Source of the DNA: Cetorhinus maximus
Taxonomy: Eukaryota
Assembly (NCBI RefSeq): GCF_964194155.1
Contig: NC_135884.1
Coordinates: 99,572,001 to 99,636,000, forward strand
DNA: 64,000 nucleotides
Direction: 5' to 3'
Both the position numbers and the translations under genes were made by a program. Below, in pieces: positions 11,901 through 23,574 of this stretch. The first letter of the stretch is position 1, and each line of letters opens with the position of its first letter. Below the pieces are notes generated by a model, which ran no database searches, was not told the origin of the DNA, and saw only the letters and a program-made list of their open reading frames with translations.

Positions 11901-14250
11901 TCTCTTATGTCTGGGACAGTACTGCAGATTTCGTTATAGTTGGTGCCCATGACAAAAGTTCAAAACAAGAATTGAGCCAGAAATCCATGTCTGTTGCCAA
12001 GGTATGTATGAATCCCTCTGTAGACCTAGGATTCTATTCACATTCAGTTCAAGTTTGGATTAAACCACGGTTAACATCCAAAATAATGGGGGGGCGGGGG
12101 GTGCTGGGTGGAATTGGGTGCCTCAGGGAACCTTGAGAATAAAATAATTGGCCATCACTGTGATTGAAGAGACAAGCTCAAGCATACATGTATCAGGCAG
12201 GATTAGACCTTTCACTTGTTATAGGTGAAATTGTAAAGTCCGCAATACTCAACACCGATAAAACATTAGGATCAAGACTTGCTAGGTCAGTTTCAGAATC
12301 ATTTCACTACTTGTAGCTGGGATACTTCTAAGACTGAAAACCAACAAAATAAAACATTATTTGCAATAAGTGAATCTCACTTAGAATGAATGAGAATTGA
12401 CAGGTCTAAATATTTAAAACTTACTTGTTGGTATCAATAGATGTTTTAGTTCTAATTTACCAAGGCTATGATAAGAGTTCTATTAATTGGCTGAAAACTC
12501 TATAAAGAATATCGAAGTTAGAAAAAAAGAAATGTAAGATCTACTTCATACAATAGTTTACAGTGAGCCATCATGATATCAATCTATTACAGTTTTTATT
12601 TTGTACATCTGTTTGTTTTCCATTAACTTGCTGACTGGTTAGTCTTTTATCCAGCGGTGTGTTTTAACTTGTATTATTAATGACCTCTGTGCCTTCTACA
12701 GGAATGTGCTGCTGAGCATTAGCATTTGTTTGAGCAAGGATTCCCCTTCTGAAATCCAGCCTGCAGCTATTTGTCTGAATTAACTGTGTACCTGTATGAA
12801 CATACAAGAGAAATGAGAACAGCCACTATCCCTACTCTTGCTTTTACAGGTCATTACTCATCCCAAGTGGAACTCTTTCACCAATAACTATGATGTTGCT
12901 GTGGTGAAGCTTGCAACCCCTGCTCAGTTCAGTAGACAAGTAGCCCCAGTCTGTCTTGCTGCTGCAGCTGATAACTACCCGGCTGGCATGAAGTGTGTCA
13001 CAACAGGATGGGGAAGGAGCCGTGCATACCGTACGTCAGTTCAAAACTTGACCAAATGCTCTAACATGACACAGTTGGGTATTTCTCTGCTAGAGCTGTT
13101 GGTTTTGTATCTTCATCCTCTTCCCTCGGGGAATAGTGTAAAGTAGTGGAGAGGTTCAGAGGTGCTATTTCCCTAGCTGTAATCATTGCTGTACCAGCTG
13201 ATAGGGTGGTTATTCCTAAACAACAGAAGGGTTTCATGTGCTCCCACAACCCATACCATGAGAATGGGTTAACCCACACCCACCAGACAGAAGCCCACCT
13301 GCAGGTCTTCACTTGCTGGGAGTCTCTGTAGCAGGAACCTTCCACCTTCTGACTCACCAGTGAGATTTCTACCACTAAGCTAAAGGCAATCATGGCCAAA
13401 TGTCATGTTTCATTTCCTCATATTGAATGTCAGTATAGCTGTATTTTCAAAAATGAATTTGTGGAAATATTGTTACAATGAATCGATATGAATATAGGAC
13501 ACTGGGGGGTGGGGGGCGGGGGGTCTATGTTTCTGCTGGTTGGTGGAAAGCATTCTCAAGTTATTCAGGGTTTTTGCTGTCCTGTTCTGTTTTTAAGAAT
13601 AATCTTCTAGTATCGCTAGGCACTGTTAACCAGATTGGCCAAATGATTGTTTTTAATGAGGAAGTAATACTCAGGAGGCCAACTGTGAAGATGAGCAAGT
13701 ACTGCTGCTAAAAAGTACCCAGAAACAAATGACATAACATTCAGTTCATAATTGTCCGAAAACAAGTTTAATGGTTACAATGCAAGGTAAAAAACAAAGG
13801 ATTAAAGCAAAGCAAAGCCTTTAGTGAAAAGTTGATTTGGACGTCACCTTATTTGTTGCAGCTCCTGAAAGGCCTGATAAACTGCAGCAAGCAGTCCTCC
13901 CTCTGCTTACCAATGCTAACTGCAAGCAGTACTGGGGTAGCAAGATCACCGACATCATGATCTGTGCTGGTGCCTCCGGCGCGTCCTCTTGCATGGTATG
14001 AACCTGTTCCAAGGCACTTTAAACTTTCTTCAATTATAACAAAATGAAAATTAAAGCTCTGGAGTGTATTTTTTTCCTCCATTTACAGGGTGACTCTGGT
14101 GGCCCTCTTGTCTGTCAGAAGAACAAAGCCTGGAATCTGGTTGGCATCGTTTCTTGGGGCAGCGGCTCCTGCTCCACCTCCAAGCCCGGAGTCTATGCCC
14201 GGGTGACTGAACTCCGAGGGTGGATTGATGAGACCATTGCTGCTAACTGA
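8970..14250 (+). CDS. ctrb: Chymotrypsinogen B-like precursor, 264 aa; exons 8970-9021, 9137-9240, 11506-11585, 11920-12001, 12850-13030, 13862-13995, 14089-14250
   Basis: All introns are GT-AG and the spliced frame is open (795 nt). Signal peptide [18 protein letters not shown], propeptide [15 protein letters not shown]|VVNG, TAAHC, NYDVA, SSCMGDSGGP. Ser189/Gly216/Gly226 S1 pocket and 10 canonical Cys. CTRB versus CTRL orthology not resolved. Confidence 0.95.
10530..11245 (+). mobile_element. Penelope-like 3' fragment in intron 2 (GIY-YIG C-terminus plus terminal repeat)
   Basis: [12 protein letters not shown]...[24 protein letters not shown], followed by a UTR whose last 140 bp recur at 19265-19501, 19574-19654 and 61321-61460. 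Confidence 0.85.
11108..11146 (+). ncRNA. Hammerhead-like motif with variant core (CTGTTGA)
   Basis: AGTT-CTGTTGA-A-GGGTC atgtg GACTC-GAAAC-GTC-AACT. Stems I and II pair, but conserved A6 is T. Confidence 0.5.
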
Positions 14251-14280
14251 TTGCAAAGCAAAATTGTAAATGAAAAATAT

Positions 14281-14286
14281 AATAAA
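14281..14286 (+). terminator. Polyadenylation signal of single-copy chymotrypsinogen gene
   Basis: AATAAA 30 bp after the stop codon. Confidence 0.75.
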
Positions 14287-14384
14287 TGGATTTATCCAAG
14301 ATACATTTTAACCTCGGCTCTTTTTTAACAGTCCTGAAGTGTGATGTAAAGTACAATCTATTCAGACTTAAAGTATTTGTTTTG

Positions 14385-14790
14385 GCCATCAGTGTTGCCG
14401 GTACGGCCAGCATTTCTTAACTATCCCTAGTTGCCCTTGTGGTGATAGCCTTCTTCCTGAAACAGCGTAGTTCGTGTGCTGAAGGTGCTCTCACAGAACT
14501 GTTAGTTGGGGAGTTCCAGGGTTTTGACCCAGTGACAATGAAGGAATGGCGATACAGTTCCAAGTTTGGATGGTGTGTGACTCGGAAGGGAACTTGGGGC
14601 AGAATTTTACGGCCCCGTTGTGGCAGAGGTAGGGTCGTAAAATGCGGCGAGCCATTCAAAAGTCTATTGACTTGGGCAGGACAATAAAATCCCACCGGTG
14701 TTAAATTCCACCCATAGAGTTGGTGCTCCCATGCGGCTGCTGCCCTTGTCCTTCCAGGTGGTAGAAGTCATGTGTTTGCAATGTGCTGAG
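14385..14790 (-). mobile_element. LINE 3'-tail fragment with a ~117-bp mini-MITE (14597-14713) inserted
   Basis: Colinear with 26335-26635. Insert is bounded by GGGCAGAATTTT and AAATTCCACCC; TSD not clean. Confidence 0.7.
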
Positions 14791-15729
14791 GCAGTAAAGT
14801 TTGTAGTCTATCATCCTTTATACTGTATTGGCAATTAAGATATTTGCACAAATTGGAAAAATACAGAAAATCGCATTTTCATTATAATACTGATAAACCA
14901 CAACCTCTCTCACACTGCTCAGCATTCAATTGTTAATAAAGAAAACAACGTACAAGCACCATTTCAAATCAGACTTTTCTTGCTGTATGACTCTATGATT
15001 TATTGCTCAAGAATATGATAGTCAAGAATCTTCCTCGAAATACTCAAAGTTAAAATACAGCACATACTGCAAAGAGAATGGGCTAAAATTTGGATTGAGT
15101 AATTATTTGGGTGTGGGGGACATGATTCGCAACCTGCCCACGTAATTTCCACTGAAGGTGGGTAATATGCAAATTTGTTGCTGTCACCTTATTTAACAGA
15201 TAGTAGCATAGATCCGAGTGCATCCTGTACCGCTGGCTTCTTCTGCACTCAACAGGGAGGATAGCATTATTGTGCTGTTAGCATATGGTGCAGCCAGCCT
15301 TCTGTTCTCCTGGTCCTCATAAAGGGAATCTGCACTGAATGGCAAGAAGCGGCTGCTGAGTAATTACTGCAATTCTAAACAAGGAAAATGGAACAGCAGA
15401 GCAGAGAGGATCATGGATGTGGCACTAGAGGCCTATATGGTGAAGTTGGACAGGAGGAGTGACACCACTGGAGCCAGGAAGCTCTCGAGGACCAAATCAG
15501 AAGGAATAGGGGGCAGGTGGCCAGGGAGGTCAATTCCTGGCATCTAGATCCGAGGCCCAGGCAGCAGTGCCACAAGAAGTCTGATGACCTCATGTGGATG
15601 GTCAAGGTCAGTGATTGTAACTCCACATAACCTTTCCTACCCACTGCTACACCAACCTCTCACACTGCTTAATGCAGCACAACCCTATTCCTTACCCATC
15701 AGCAGCCTCCGGCACTCAGGAATCAATCA

Positions 15730-17215
15730 CAACGGCTTATATTTATATAGTGCCTTTAACATGATAAACACCCCAAGGCACTTCACAACAGTATCATAAA
15801 ACAAGTATGACATGTAGCCATGTAAGGAGATATCAAGGGAAGAATTTTCTGGTCGGCGAGCGGGGGCGGGTCCCGCTCGCCGATGCGTAAAATGACGCCG
15901 ACATCACCACGCGTCATTTAGATTTTCAGTTCAGTGGGCACGAGTCAGCTGCGCGCCCGCCAAACGGTCAAAGACCTATTAAGGCCTGTTAAGAACTAAT
16001 TTAAGCAATTAAATGAGCTGCCCGTCCAACCTTAAGGTTGGCGGGCAGGCGAAGAGCCCAGGCGGCCTTCACATTTTTCATGGAACCTCACCCACAGGCG
16101 GGTTGAGGCTTCATGAAGGGTTTAAAAATTCAATAAAAATTATTTTAAAAATTCATTGACATGTCCCAGCTCATGTGACACTGTCACATGAGGGAACATG
16201 TTTTAAAAGTTTTTAATTACTTTATTCATATGTTTAAAAGTTAAACAAATCTCCCCGAGGTACCTATGTGCCTCAGGGAAATTTCTGCTGTCTTTCGCGT
16301 GAAAAAGCGCAGGCCCGGACTCAGGGAATCCACCCCCCCCCAACCCAACCCCCTCCCCGCCAGCACAGTGCTTCCGGGTGAGCGTCACGCTGGGTTGGCC
16401 TTAATTGGCCCGCCCACATAAAATGGTGGCGTGGACCCAATCGGGGGTGTTGAGTGGGTTCGTCCTCGCTCCCACCCACCCCCGCACAAACCCCCAATGG
16501 GGGGAAAATTTAGCCCCAGGTCAGGTGAACACAAGCCTGGGTACAGAAATAGGTTTTAAGGAGTGTCTTAAAGGAGGAAAGTGAGGTAGATACACGGAGA
16601 GTTCTAGGGAGGGAATTCCAGAACTTGAGGCTTACGCAACTGAAGACATGACCGCCAATGGTGGGGCATTTAAAATTGGGGATACACAAGAGGCCTGAAT
16701 TAGAGTAGTGCAGATATTTTGGAGGATTGCGGGGTTAAAGGAGATTACAGAGAGAGGGAGGGGCAAGGCCATGGAGAGATTTGAAAGCAATGATGAGAAA
16801 CTTAAAGCTTGCCTGAGAGCCAATATAGATCAGCAAACACAGGAGTGATAGGGGAATGGGACTTGTTGCAAGTTAAGACAGAAAAGTTTTGGATGACTCT
16901 ACAGACTCTAAGGAGAGTAGAATGCAGGAGACCGGTTAGGAATGATTAGGAATAATCAAGTCTAGACATAATGAAGGCACAAATGACAGTTTCAGAAGCA
17001 GATGAGCTGAGGCAGGGGCAAAGTCAGATGACGTTATGGAGGTGGAAATTGGCGATCTTTGTGTAGCACAAATGTGAGGTTGGACGTTCATCTCAGCATC
17101 AAATGTGACACTAAGGTTGCGAACAGACTAGCTTAATTTTAGATGATTGCTAGGGAGAGGGATGAAGTCAGTAGCTAGGGAACAGAGTTTGGAGTGGGGA
17201 TCGAAAACAATGGCC
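15730..17215 (-). mobile_element. L2-like LINE 3' fragment interrupted by a MITE
   Basis: The tail at 15730-15790 resembles the SINE tail at 6410-6470. Host sequence is continuous across the 15837-16516 insert. Confidence 0.6.
15837..16516. mobile_element. Harbinger-type MITE (~680 bp)
   Basis: TIRs GGGAAGAATTTT and AAAATTTAGCCC; 3-bp flanks CAA/CAG; homologous to the other copies in the window. Confidence 0.85.
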
Positions 17216-18574
17216 CAACATACTCCACCTCACCCTTACACACTCACCAATGCTGCTAGCCTTACCACCACCTCTTGTCACCTGCACAAACCTCCAGATA
17301 TTCAGCCATGGAAGGCATTTCAGCCAGACATAGTGCAACACAATCACTGACACTCTGCCCTCTTTTGCAGGACGAGGTAGTGCGAAATAGGACAGGAAAG
17401 AGCAGGCCGAGGATAAGGATGCCTGCCATCTCTTGAGCACTATGGAGGAGGTGACTCTGAACATCATGGGGCCAATTGTGACAGATCCTGTAGCATCAAA
17501 TATCACTGAGAACATTAAGGATAATATTTTGTTCCTGCCTTATGCCCCTTCTCAACTCCCAGCACACTCATCCTACTATCTGGCATAATGCACACCATCT
17601 TGCAGATGATGTGACCATAGACCTTTTGCTTTCTACCCTTCCCTAATTCCCTCTCCCCAGCCTTCCCCTTCTGATTTCCTGCTTTCGGACATCCAAAAAC
17701 TTCCTACTGCCCAGCCACAGGTGGAGGAAAGAAAGCCTCGCCACACCCCTAAGGAAGGAGCACTACCACTTGTTTGGACACTCGCAGCCACCAGCTCAGA
17801 AACTGGCACTTTGTGTGCCCCAGAGTTGGGACCAGCAGATAGTGAGCAACTGGGCATGAATGGGCTGCAGCCAGGCCAGAGGTAAAGGATAGATCATGGC
17901 CAGCTCACTGGGGGGGTGAGGTCGGGGACTCAGATGAGTGCCTTAATGGGCGTGGCAGTCAGGAGAGTGCTGATGAGGATGCATACCAATTTGCTGGTGC
18001 ATTGGCTGGCCTGCCTGACAGCTTCCAAAACCTATAAAGGAGCATGGAGGAGTCCAACTCCAACTTGGCAGGGGCATCATGTAGAACTTCCCCTCTCTGC
18101 AGCCTCCACTCCATCTCCTTACCATGAAGCACTACAACTGCAGGTCCTATAAATGCTGTAGCCTTGAATTGCTGACAGGCTCTTAAAACCCAATTTGGGC
18201 TTTGCCTAATTGTTGCAGCTCCATGATTAATTCGGCTTTCTCTCCTGCTCTTCAGCTTTGATACTCTTTGGCATTATGAGCCTTGGCCCTTCAATTTAAT
18301 AAAAATATCTTTTGCTGTCAGGGTTTCAGAGAAACCATATCAACTAAATTGCCCAAACTGTCCAATTCTTTTATTGCAGTGAGCTGTGACCTAGAATGCA
18401 CAACTTCTTGTTAAATCCATGGAAACTATTCATCATGCTTTTCAGGTATAAATGTTGATACCATATTCATAGTGCTCTCATTTTTTTCTTGCCATGAGTG
18501 GTAGACTACCTAGGTCTATAATCTTATGATCCTTGTGGAGACAAATAACTTGGAAAAAGATATTTGAATTCCTA

Positions 18575-19244
18575 GGGCTGAATTTTTCCTTTGATGTGCG
18601 GGCGGACCCAATCGACCCAGCAGTAGGCGGGCAGCCGATCGCCATCACCGAAACAGGCCCCACCGCCATTTTACGTGGGCAGGCCAATTAAGGCCCACCC
18701 AGCGTGACGCCCAACGGGAAGCGCTATGCACTTCCTGTGCGGGCGTGGGGGGGATTCGCATGCATGCGAAAGAGCGCACATCTCCCTGAGGCAAAGTGCT
18801 GCCACAGGGGGATCGCTGAAAGGCTGTGAAAGATTAAAAATAGAACAATCAAAAAATCATTAACATGTCCCCCTCATGTGAAAATGTCACACGAGATGGG
18901 GCATGTTAATGAAGTACACAAAAACTTTATTAAACTTTTCTAAAGCTGAAATTAAACCTCATCCCGCTAGTGGATGAGGTTTGATAAAAAAATCACTTAC
19001 CCGCCTGCCCATTGGGCCCGTGCGCCGAGCCAAAGTTCGCACGGGCTCCTCAAAATCCTTGTCAGTTGGTGACTTAATGGCCTTAACAAGGCCTTTAATT
19101 AATGGCGGGCGCGCATCACGCTGCATAGCGCGCCCGCCAACCTAAACATCGTAATGCCGCGCGCTGATATCAGGACGCTCACGCGACATTTTAAGCACTG
19201 ATGTGTGGGCTCTGCCACCTGCAGGCAGCTAGAAAATTCAGCCC
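18575..19244. mobile_element. Harbinger-type MITE (~670 bp), opposite orientation
   Basis: Perfect 12-bp TIRs GGGCTGAATTTT and AAAATTCAGCCC; flanks CTA/CCA. Confidence 0.85.
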
Positions 19245-19264
19245 CCAGTCTTTAACTCAAAGGA

Positions 19265-19501
19265 TAAAAACAAAAAACTACTGCGGATGCTGGAAATCCA
19301 AAACAAAAACAGAATTACCTGGAAAAACTCAGCAGGTCTGGCAGCATCGGTGGAGAAGAAAAGAGTTGACGTTTCGAGTCCACATGACCCTTCAACAGAA
19401 CTCAGTTGAAGGGTCATGTGGACTCGAAACGTCAACTCTTTTCTTCTCCACCGATGCTGCCAGACCTGCTGAGTTTTTCCAGGTAATTCTGTTTTTGTTT
19501 T
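19265..19501. mobile_element. Penelope terminal-repeat insertion forming a perfect 97-bp inverted repeat
   Basis: Arms 19300-19396 and 19405-19501 are exact reverse complements with an 8-nt loop. Flanked by the direct repeat TTTAACTCAAAGGA (19251-19264 and 19499-19512). Confidence 0.88.
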
Positions 19502-19572
19502 AACTCAAAGGAATCTCACTACAAAGTTTCAAATTTTATGGCTTTTACTATAACAAACAAACTAAAAACAAT

Positions 19573-19682
19573 ACAAAAACAGAATTACCTGGAAAAACTC
19601 AGCAGGTCTGGCAACATCCGGGGAGAAGAAAAGAGTTGACGTTTCGAGTCCTCACTCTAAACTAAACTAAACTAAACAATCT
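19573..19682 (-). mobile_element. Short Penelope terminal fragment plus (AAACT)n filler
   Basis: 19574-19654 matches the same repeat. Flanked by the direct repeat AAACTAAAAACAAT (19559-19572 and 19683-19696). Confidence 0.75.
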
Positions 19683-22557
19683 AAACTAAAAACAATGTCA
19701 ACTAAACAATACTGAATAAGCAACTAATACAATAAACTACAGGAAAGATATCCTTATTAATACTTTAATGCAACCAACAACCCCATGCCACATCCATATA
19801 TGTTACAATATGTTCTCCACAGATGACAGTCTTTGTAGGAAACAATCCCAGCTTTCAATGGGTTCATTTCTCCTCCATTTTGCCAAGTCGTAATGTTGAG
19901 TGATTGTCAAAGGGCACTTCCCTCAGTTTTTGGAATGTCCAAACCAGCAGTAAAATCCACTCCTGCGATTTCTCCTCCCGACCTTGCCAGGACAAATCTT
20001 CCAGGTTCCTTAGGAGGCCACAGGGTGTGTCTCTTCAACCAGAGAACCTCTCCCCTCCTGATTCTTGATTAGTAGTTTACAGAAATACTGCACGTTCTTC
20101 TCTGCTGACACACAAGCTGTAGTCCTTTGTCTTTCTCTGTGAGACCTCTCTCTCTCCTTTTCTGACTAAGACTTGCAGACTGAAAGTCTATCCACAGTCA
20201 GCATAGTTGCTCTTGCCTTTGTTTTCAGGTGTGATCATCTTGCATCTTCTTACAGTAAATCAACCTGGGCCCCCCTGCCTCCATAGTAAACCCACCAGGC
20301 TTGTTGTCGGGCAGAATTCAGAGCAAGTCACATGACCCTCTTCATTCCTTCATTTTACCTGGAATTAAAGAGACAGTCCCAAAACTTAATCATCTTATCA
20401 AACCTCATATTCATAACATCCTGGCTTCATGACTCACCTTTTAATACCAGAATGTCATTCATTATCCAACAGGCCTCCTGTATTTGTACAGTGCAAAAAA
20501 CACAACCAAAACCTTGTTCCTCTCTCATTTCTTTGCACTAGTCTATTGACAACAGATTTATACATAGGATTTCCACTACATGCACTTATTTTGAAGATAA
20601 TTAATATTAATCACACAAGATTCCTTTGTATCAGAATGAATTACTAGAATTATTCACGGATGGGGCCTTTTACTCGTACTTCAGCAGTAAAGTACAGTCA
20701 GTGAGTTGCCTCTGGGGAAAGGCCGGCCAAGTTGAGTTGATCTTATCATGCAATGACATAGATTAATTTTGCTTGTGATACTAGTTAAGTGTTTCTAGCA
20801 CTTGGGACTTTAGCAATAAAGAGCCTGATCCATATCCAGAGAGGCTAGTGAAGGAAAAATTCCCAACGTGCAGTCACAGAGCCCAATTTTGGGGTGGTTG
20901 GTGGTTGGGGGAGGGGCGGGGTGGGGGTTGATGAGGGAAGGCAAGATGATGGTGGACAGGGAGAAAGAAAATGTGTGTCTTAGCAGAGGCGTGGACAAGC
21001 ACAATGACCTTTCACTTCTATCAGCCTTAGCTCAGTAGTAATATTCTCACCTCAAAACCTCATTCCAGGGCTTGAGAGATATGGGGGGAATTTTACCAGG
21101 CCCTTGGAAGGGGCTTTGGAGGCAGGCTGGATGCTGGGGGAGGGGGAGCTGAGCAAAAATAGAGAAAAATGAGTTGGTTCAGTTCGCCAATGTTTTTGTG
21201 CCATCGGCCACTTTCCCTGAAGTGAGCTGAGACCAATGTTAGCAACCTATCCTCTCAAAGGCTGGAAATCAGAAATTACAGATTCCATTATACGGTATCT
21301 GGATACAGTATCGATCCAAAACTCCCTTGAGAGTTTACCTTCAAGATTTTTCCAAGCCCCATATAGTACCCAAGAGTAATGAGTTTTCATTGAGCGGCAT
21401 GTGAAAATTGACACCTGAAATTTAACCTTCAGAGTAATTTGTTAATTTGTTCCATCTGTATAGTTTATAATTCCATAATATAGAAATCAAAACAGAAAAC
21501 ACACAAGCATGCTCATTAATAGAATCCTACCCACCAATTTACCTTCTTACAATATTCTTGGAGTTACAATAAGCAATTGTGCAGAACCTTTCCTCAGGAA
21601 GTTAAATAGGTGCGATGTAGTCTATAATAGGGTGGACCAGATATGGCTATGGAAAGTGCGGGCTTAATGCATCAAAATAACTTATGTTACTTGGTACAGT
21701 TGAAGAATGCAACTTTCTAAGGGCAAAGGGAAGCACTGCTTTACACTTACATGTATATCTCCATGAAAATATACTCTACAATGTTCGTAAGAGTTCAGTC
21801 AATTACCACTTGTCTAACAAATCAAAAAACATGCCCACTGTATGATCAGAAGGTGGTCATTTGAATATATTATCTTAGCAAATTACTGATATGGGGAGGG
21901 GTGATAGGCTATAATGTAAACTAATATGCAAGAAAATTAAATTAACAGCTTTTAATGTAATAATCGGTATTGGAATAAATAACACAAAATGTGTGCATTT
22001 ATTTTACTGTAATTTGACTTATTTCCAACAAGAACCACACATTACAAAACAATTAAACAGAATTACAGTGCAGAGATCTTTACAGTCAAAGAGAGGAAAC
22101 ACACAAAAGGATTCCAAACCATGCACAATTGTCAAATGTAAGGTCAAATTACAATTGTAGGGGATGTGTAATCCAACAGAAAGAGTGTGAAAGTTGGAAA
22201 TCTCCATTATTATATACTCAAAAGCATTGTTTTATCCTTTGAAATGGCAGACAGACAAGTACTGAGGAGCATTTGGCCCAAAGGGCCGTGGCTTAATGGT
22301 TCACTTTCCAACAAAAACCAAATGAATGAAAGGGGAAACCATGCTCTGCTCTGAAGAACATCAGTCAACAGGTCTCAGTATGAGAAACTCCATGATGTTA
22401 CCACTCTTTGGAGAAGTGTGTTGAAGAACCAGTTGTGGAATTGTCAATGTATGATTTATATTTTCCAACATAAACATTTTCAGCCATCTATGAAAACAAT
22501 GCTAAACACACAAGGGTAAAAGAAGGATAAATGTCCTTAAGCTAATGTCCTGCAAGT

Positions 22558-23525
22558 ATGGTAGCATTGTAGTTATGTTACCTGACTGGTGCATCAGAGA
22601 CATCATGGCCAGGATTTCCTGGTCGGTGAGCAGGGGGCGGGGCCCACTCAGCAACGAGTAAAATGACGCAGGATGATGTCGGGCTGAATTCCCGACGTCA
22701 CCCCGCCCCATTTAAATTTTCAGGTGGGCGGGGGCTCCGCAGAATCAGCTGTGTGCCCGCCGACCTGTCAATGACCAATTGAGGCCATTGACAAAGTAAT
22801 TAAACTACTTAATGGACCTGCCCATCCAACCTTAAGGTTGGTGGGCAGACCAGGAACCCTGGCAGGCATTGGAAAAAGCATGAAACCTCATCCACAGATG
22901 GGATGAGGTTTCATGTAGGTTTTCAAATTTTAAAAAAAAGTGTTGTTGAAAGTGATGGACAAGTCCCGGCTCATGTGACAGTGTCACATGAGGGGACATG
23001 TCAGGGGAATTTTTTTTTCTATCGTTAACATTTTTAAATTTGGCGCCAATCTCCCTGAGGCAACACTTAGCCTCAGGGAGATGAGTGCACTCTTTTGCGC
23101 GCATGCATGAAAGAGCGCACTCTCGGTTTAGGGATTCCCCCCACCCGCACAGGGAGTGCATAGCGCTTCCTTGTGGACATCACGCTGGGTGGGCCTTAAT
23201 TGGCCCACCCACATAAAATGGCGGCGCGCCCCCACGCACCCCCTCCTAAAATTCCCCCCCAACAGGTAGAAAATTCTGCCCATGAGTTCAGATCCTACTG
23301 AGGCAGTTGGGAAATTTAAATTCAGTTGATTAAGTAAATCTGGAATTTAAAAAAATTAATATCATTAATGGTGAACAAGAAATCACCAGATTGTCATAAA
23401 AATCCATCTCGTTTACTGAAGAAACATGGATGGCCTATATGTGACTCCAGACCCACAGCACTCTGATTGACTCTTAACTGCCCTCTGAAATGGTCTAGCA
23501 AGCCACTCAGTATTCAAATGTCCAC
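22558..23525 (+). mobile_element. tRNA-headed SINE split by the MITE at 22607-23280
   Basis: A-box-like head at 22558-22606 resumes as CATGAGTTCAGATCC (B-box-like) at 23281. The body resembles a recalled shark SINE consensus. Confidence 0.55.
22607..23280. mobile_element. Harbinger-type MITE (~675 bp)
   Basis: TIRs GGCCAGGATTTC and AAAATTCTGCC; TSD CAT/CAT. Confidence 0.85.
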
Positions 23526-23574
23526 AAAAAGAGCAGAGTAAGAACAAAAAAAAATGGACCACCTGCCCATCAAC

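Larger units (their letters stand above)
15080..18150 (+). mobile_element. Decayed PIF/Harbinger-derived element with Myb/SANT-like gene remnant, split by later insertions
   Basis: Starts GGGCTAAAATTT (TIR-like). 15511-15606 translates GQVAREVNSWHLDPRPRQQCHKKSDDLMWMVK, then a GT donor, resembling the Harbinger Myb/SANT-like motif. Right boundary uncertain. Confidence 0.55.

Noticed and set aside
19201-19503. Mirror-image ORFs on both strands
   Set aside because: A by-product of the 97-bp inverted repeat in non-coding Penelope terminal sequence.
18316-20551. Possible solo LTR (TGTCA...TGACA)
   Set aside because: Flanks TTTGC and ACAGA give no TSD, and there is no second copy or internal gag/pol sequence in the window.
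21400-22500. Possible 3' UTR of a minus-strand gene
   Set aside because: AT-rich with TTTATT hexamers, but no linked coding exon could be identified.
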